A stretch of 64,000 bases of DNA, from the NCBI RefSeq assembly GCF_052425735.1, contig NC_135763.1:10292001-10356000 (forward strand), written 5' to 3'. Position 1 is the stretch's first letter. Every line of letters starts with the position of its first letter. The position numbers were made by a program, and so were the translations under genes. The notes under the pieces were generated by a model, which was not told the DNA's origin, made no database searches, and saw only the letters and a list, made by a program, of their open reading frames with translations. The stretch comes from Oculina patagonica (Eukaryota). Of the stretch, positions 61,738 through 64,000 are shown piece by piece.

Positions 61738-62394
61738 ATGGATCCCCGCTCCCGGTTGCGCAAGACTTCAAGATGGTTCACGGAGGAGCGTGTTCAAAAA
61801 GTCATGGCTATCAACAGGAAGGAAGAGAGTGTGCTTCAACAAAAGTTGGACCAATTTCAGCGAGAGCAAAACCAGCTGAGGCGAAAATACGACTACGAAA
61901 TCCGGAAAACAGCGCAAGCTTTGAACGCGCGCAAAGAGCTACCGCAAGCTTTGAACGCGCGCAAAGAGCCACCGCGCACCGCGGAAGATTCAAAGACGTG
62001 CTTACGAAGGAACAGTTCGCCATTTATGGAGCCGACTAACATGACTAAGGCGAAGATAAACGCGCGAAGGAGACACTCTATCGCCTGTCCGCCACCTTCC
62101 AGGACAGAAAAGGAAGATGATAGCAAGAAAGCAAACGAAGACGTCTTGTTTGAGATCGAAAACAATTTCAAGTTTTTATCCATCGCGTTTGGAAAACAAC
62201 CAAGTACTCCTACTAGCTTTAATGTGGTCAAGCTTCCCGAAATTAAGCCGAATTCTGCGCAAGGCCCAGGATTAAAGCCTGCTTTTATGCGCAGGCGCCA
62301 CAGTGACGTCACGTCGTTACGTCACGGTATGCAAAAACTTTACGGTGAAAACCGTCGCTCTAGCTTGGCTAACATTCACGAAAGATTTGGGTAA
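61738..62394 (+). CDS. Uncharacterised ~218-aa protein: N-terminal coiled coil and a disordered tail with RRxS motifs
   Basis: Long, relatively GC-rich ORF. A splice acceptor (ttctttttag ending 61721) precedes the ATG at 61738, implying a non-coding upstream exon. Heptad-rich EERVQKVMAINRKEESVLQQKLDQFQREQ; motifs RRNSS, RRRHS (x2) and RRSS. Confidence 0.7.
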   Translation: MDPRSRLRKTSRWFTEERVQKVMAINRKEESVLQQKLDQFQREQNQLRRKYDYEIRKTAQALNARKELPQALNARKEPPRTAEDSKTCLRRNSSPFMEPTNMTKAKINARRRHSIACPPPSRTEKEDDSKKANEDVLFEIENNFKFLSIAFGKQPSTPTSFNVVKLPEIKPNSAQGPGLKPAFMRRRHSDVTSLRHGMQKLYGENRRSSLANIHERFG

Positions 62395-62508
62395 AATGTA
62401 GTAAGGACAAAGTTCCCTCGGTACACTGTTCGTTAAAGGGACTACATCACGGATTTAAACAGATTTTTGAACATCCAAAATTTATATTTATGTCGTAAAA
62501 AAACTTAA

Positions 62509-62766
62509 AGGGACATGGTCAGCGTTCATGTTTTGAAAAAAGTCCACCTCAACCCGAAATCAAAAATACGCGTAGAGAACCTTCAGAAATCTGCTTCAAC
62601 CTTCTCGGTGTATTTTTTTTATCTAAATTTTCTTATTTAGTGAAACACTGAGAAGATTGCAGCAGATTTCTGAAGGTTCGTTTTAAAAAAATTTCATCAT
62701 GGACTATTTTCAAAACGTAAAAACTAGTGTCCAGGTCAGCGCGGTAAGAACGCTGACCATGTCCCT
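62509..62766. mobile_element. TTAA-specific (Kolobok-like) MITE
   Basis: TIR AGGGACATGGTCAGCGTTC; TTAA TSD. Confidence 0.85.
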
Positions 62767-64000
62767 TTAAAATTAATGGTCTATTTTTTTATAAACAATT
62801 GCTATTTTAGAGCACTAAAACTGTTTAAAAGCGCGTTTGGCTGCGGATGGCTCGGACGGAAATGGATTGCAATATGAAAACGTTAGCCAACGTTTTCAAG
62901 TTGTTTCCGCGCTTCAGAGCTTTCACTGTATAACACACACCAGTGAACCAGTGCATAGATGCATAGCTGATAACAACAATCCTCCTGCGGGGGACTCCCT
63001 TGTAAAATGGGCGGGAATGCTCGGCGTCTCGATTTAGGAATGTAACTTTTGGACTTTGGTCTCGCCTAGGGAGTTCAGGACATAAAGCGAATGCTTTAAT
63101 TTTACCCAACAAGGTGTCTTTAAAGGTTGCATACGAAGAAATAAGGGAATTGATAGTTTATATCGATCTCACATTAAATCTTAAAAATTTCACACCATAG
63201 ATGAGAGCATTCGATGACAATGTCTTTACCGTCTTTAAAGTCCATATAGCTCTTATTTGTGTTCTTTTCTAGAATGGTTACATTTAGGCGTCAAATGAAG
63301 CTTGAGCCACGCCCACATCTAGATTGGTCTTCTTTAGGGGCTAAACTCAATTTTCCTACAAGCCACCCCGCTACTTTAACATGAAAGCCCCCCTCCCCTT
63401 CCCTCCATGGAAACTAAAACTTGGAAACTAAACTTGGTTCAGCTGGGCAAGCTACTTGGAAAAATTGTCTTCCAAAGAAACATTTCTTCTGAACGTTTTT
63501 AATTGAAAATATTCTCCACTTCGTAATGCAGCTACTTTTTACACGTCAGTTTATACAGAATGTAGCAAGCGAAATAACAAAACCTCTTCAGTCTTGGTGA
63601 AATTGCATATTATCTGTGATAGTCGAGTGACAGTAAAGTAGCTTAACTAGGGGGCGAAGTTTTGTAATGGTTTAAAGCCTCAAACAAAGGAAATAGTTTT
63701 CTAAGGTAGATATATTAGGTACACAGAGTAGTTTTCATCAATGCTTCGAAGATAAGAGATAGCATTATTAGGGATCTGTGCTACGCTTTATTATTCTTTT
63801 GTAAGTTTTGTACAAATCAAACATGGCAGTATTTGAAAGAAATTATTGGCAAAGGAATAAAAGAAATGAATTTGTCTACAATTGATTCATGTGTTTGTTT
63901 GTTTGTTTGTTTTCTTTTTTTGGAATAAAAAATAGGGCAATCAAAACGCACTTGTTCATATTGTGGCCCTTAAAACAAATATTTCAGCGAAAGGCAAATC

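Overview
Eukaryotic, AT-rich, intron-rich and repeat-dense DNA. The gene structures and repeat types suggest an anthozoan, probably a stony coral (inference). Genes: the 3' seven coding exons of sorbitol dehydrogenase SORD (+, 962-9507); proteasome assembly chaperone PSMG1 (+, 4 exons, 12307-16225); an intronless class I SAM methyltransferase interrupted by one in-frame TAA (+, 21364-22158), lying in a decayed local duplication; a 21-exon MAP3K4/MEKK4 (-, 46990-27714); an intronless Mos kinase just upstream on the same strand (-, 50923-49781); and an uncharacterised coiled-coil/RRxS protein (+, 61738-62394). Introns and intergenic DNA hold many non-autonomous DNA transposons (hAT-, Kolobok-, Mutator-, Tc1/mariner- and Harbinger-like, plus a probable Helentron-type element), CORE-like tRNA SINEs, and Penelope-like element (PLE) ends carrying minimal hammerhead ribozymes. 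The most intriguing signal is a tRNA-headed repeat that inserts as partial tandems and as a TSD-flanked fold-back palindrome, and that shares a hairpin top with a PLE hammerhead. It is a candidate PLE-mobilised, Pol III-type non-autonomous element (hypothesis). There is one assembly gap at 27343-27474. All coordinates were read by hand and no searches were run.
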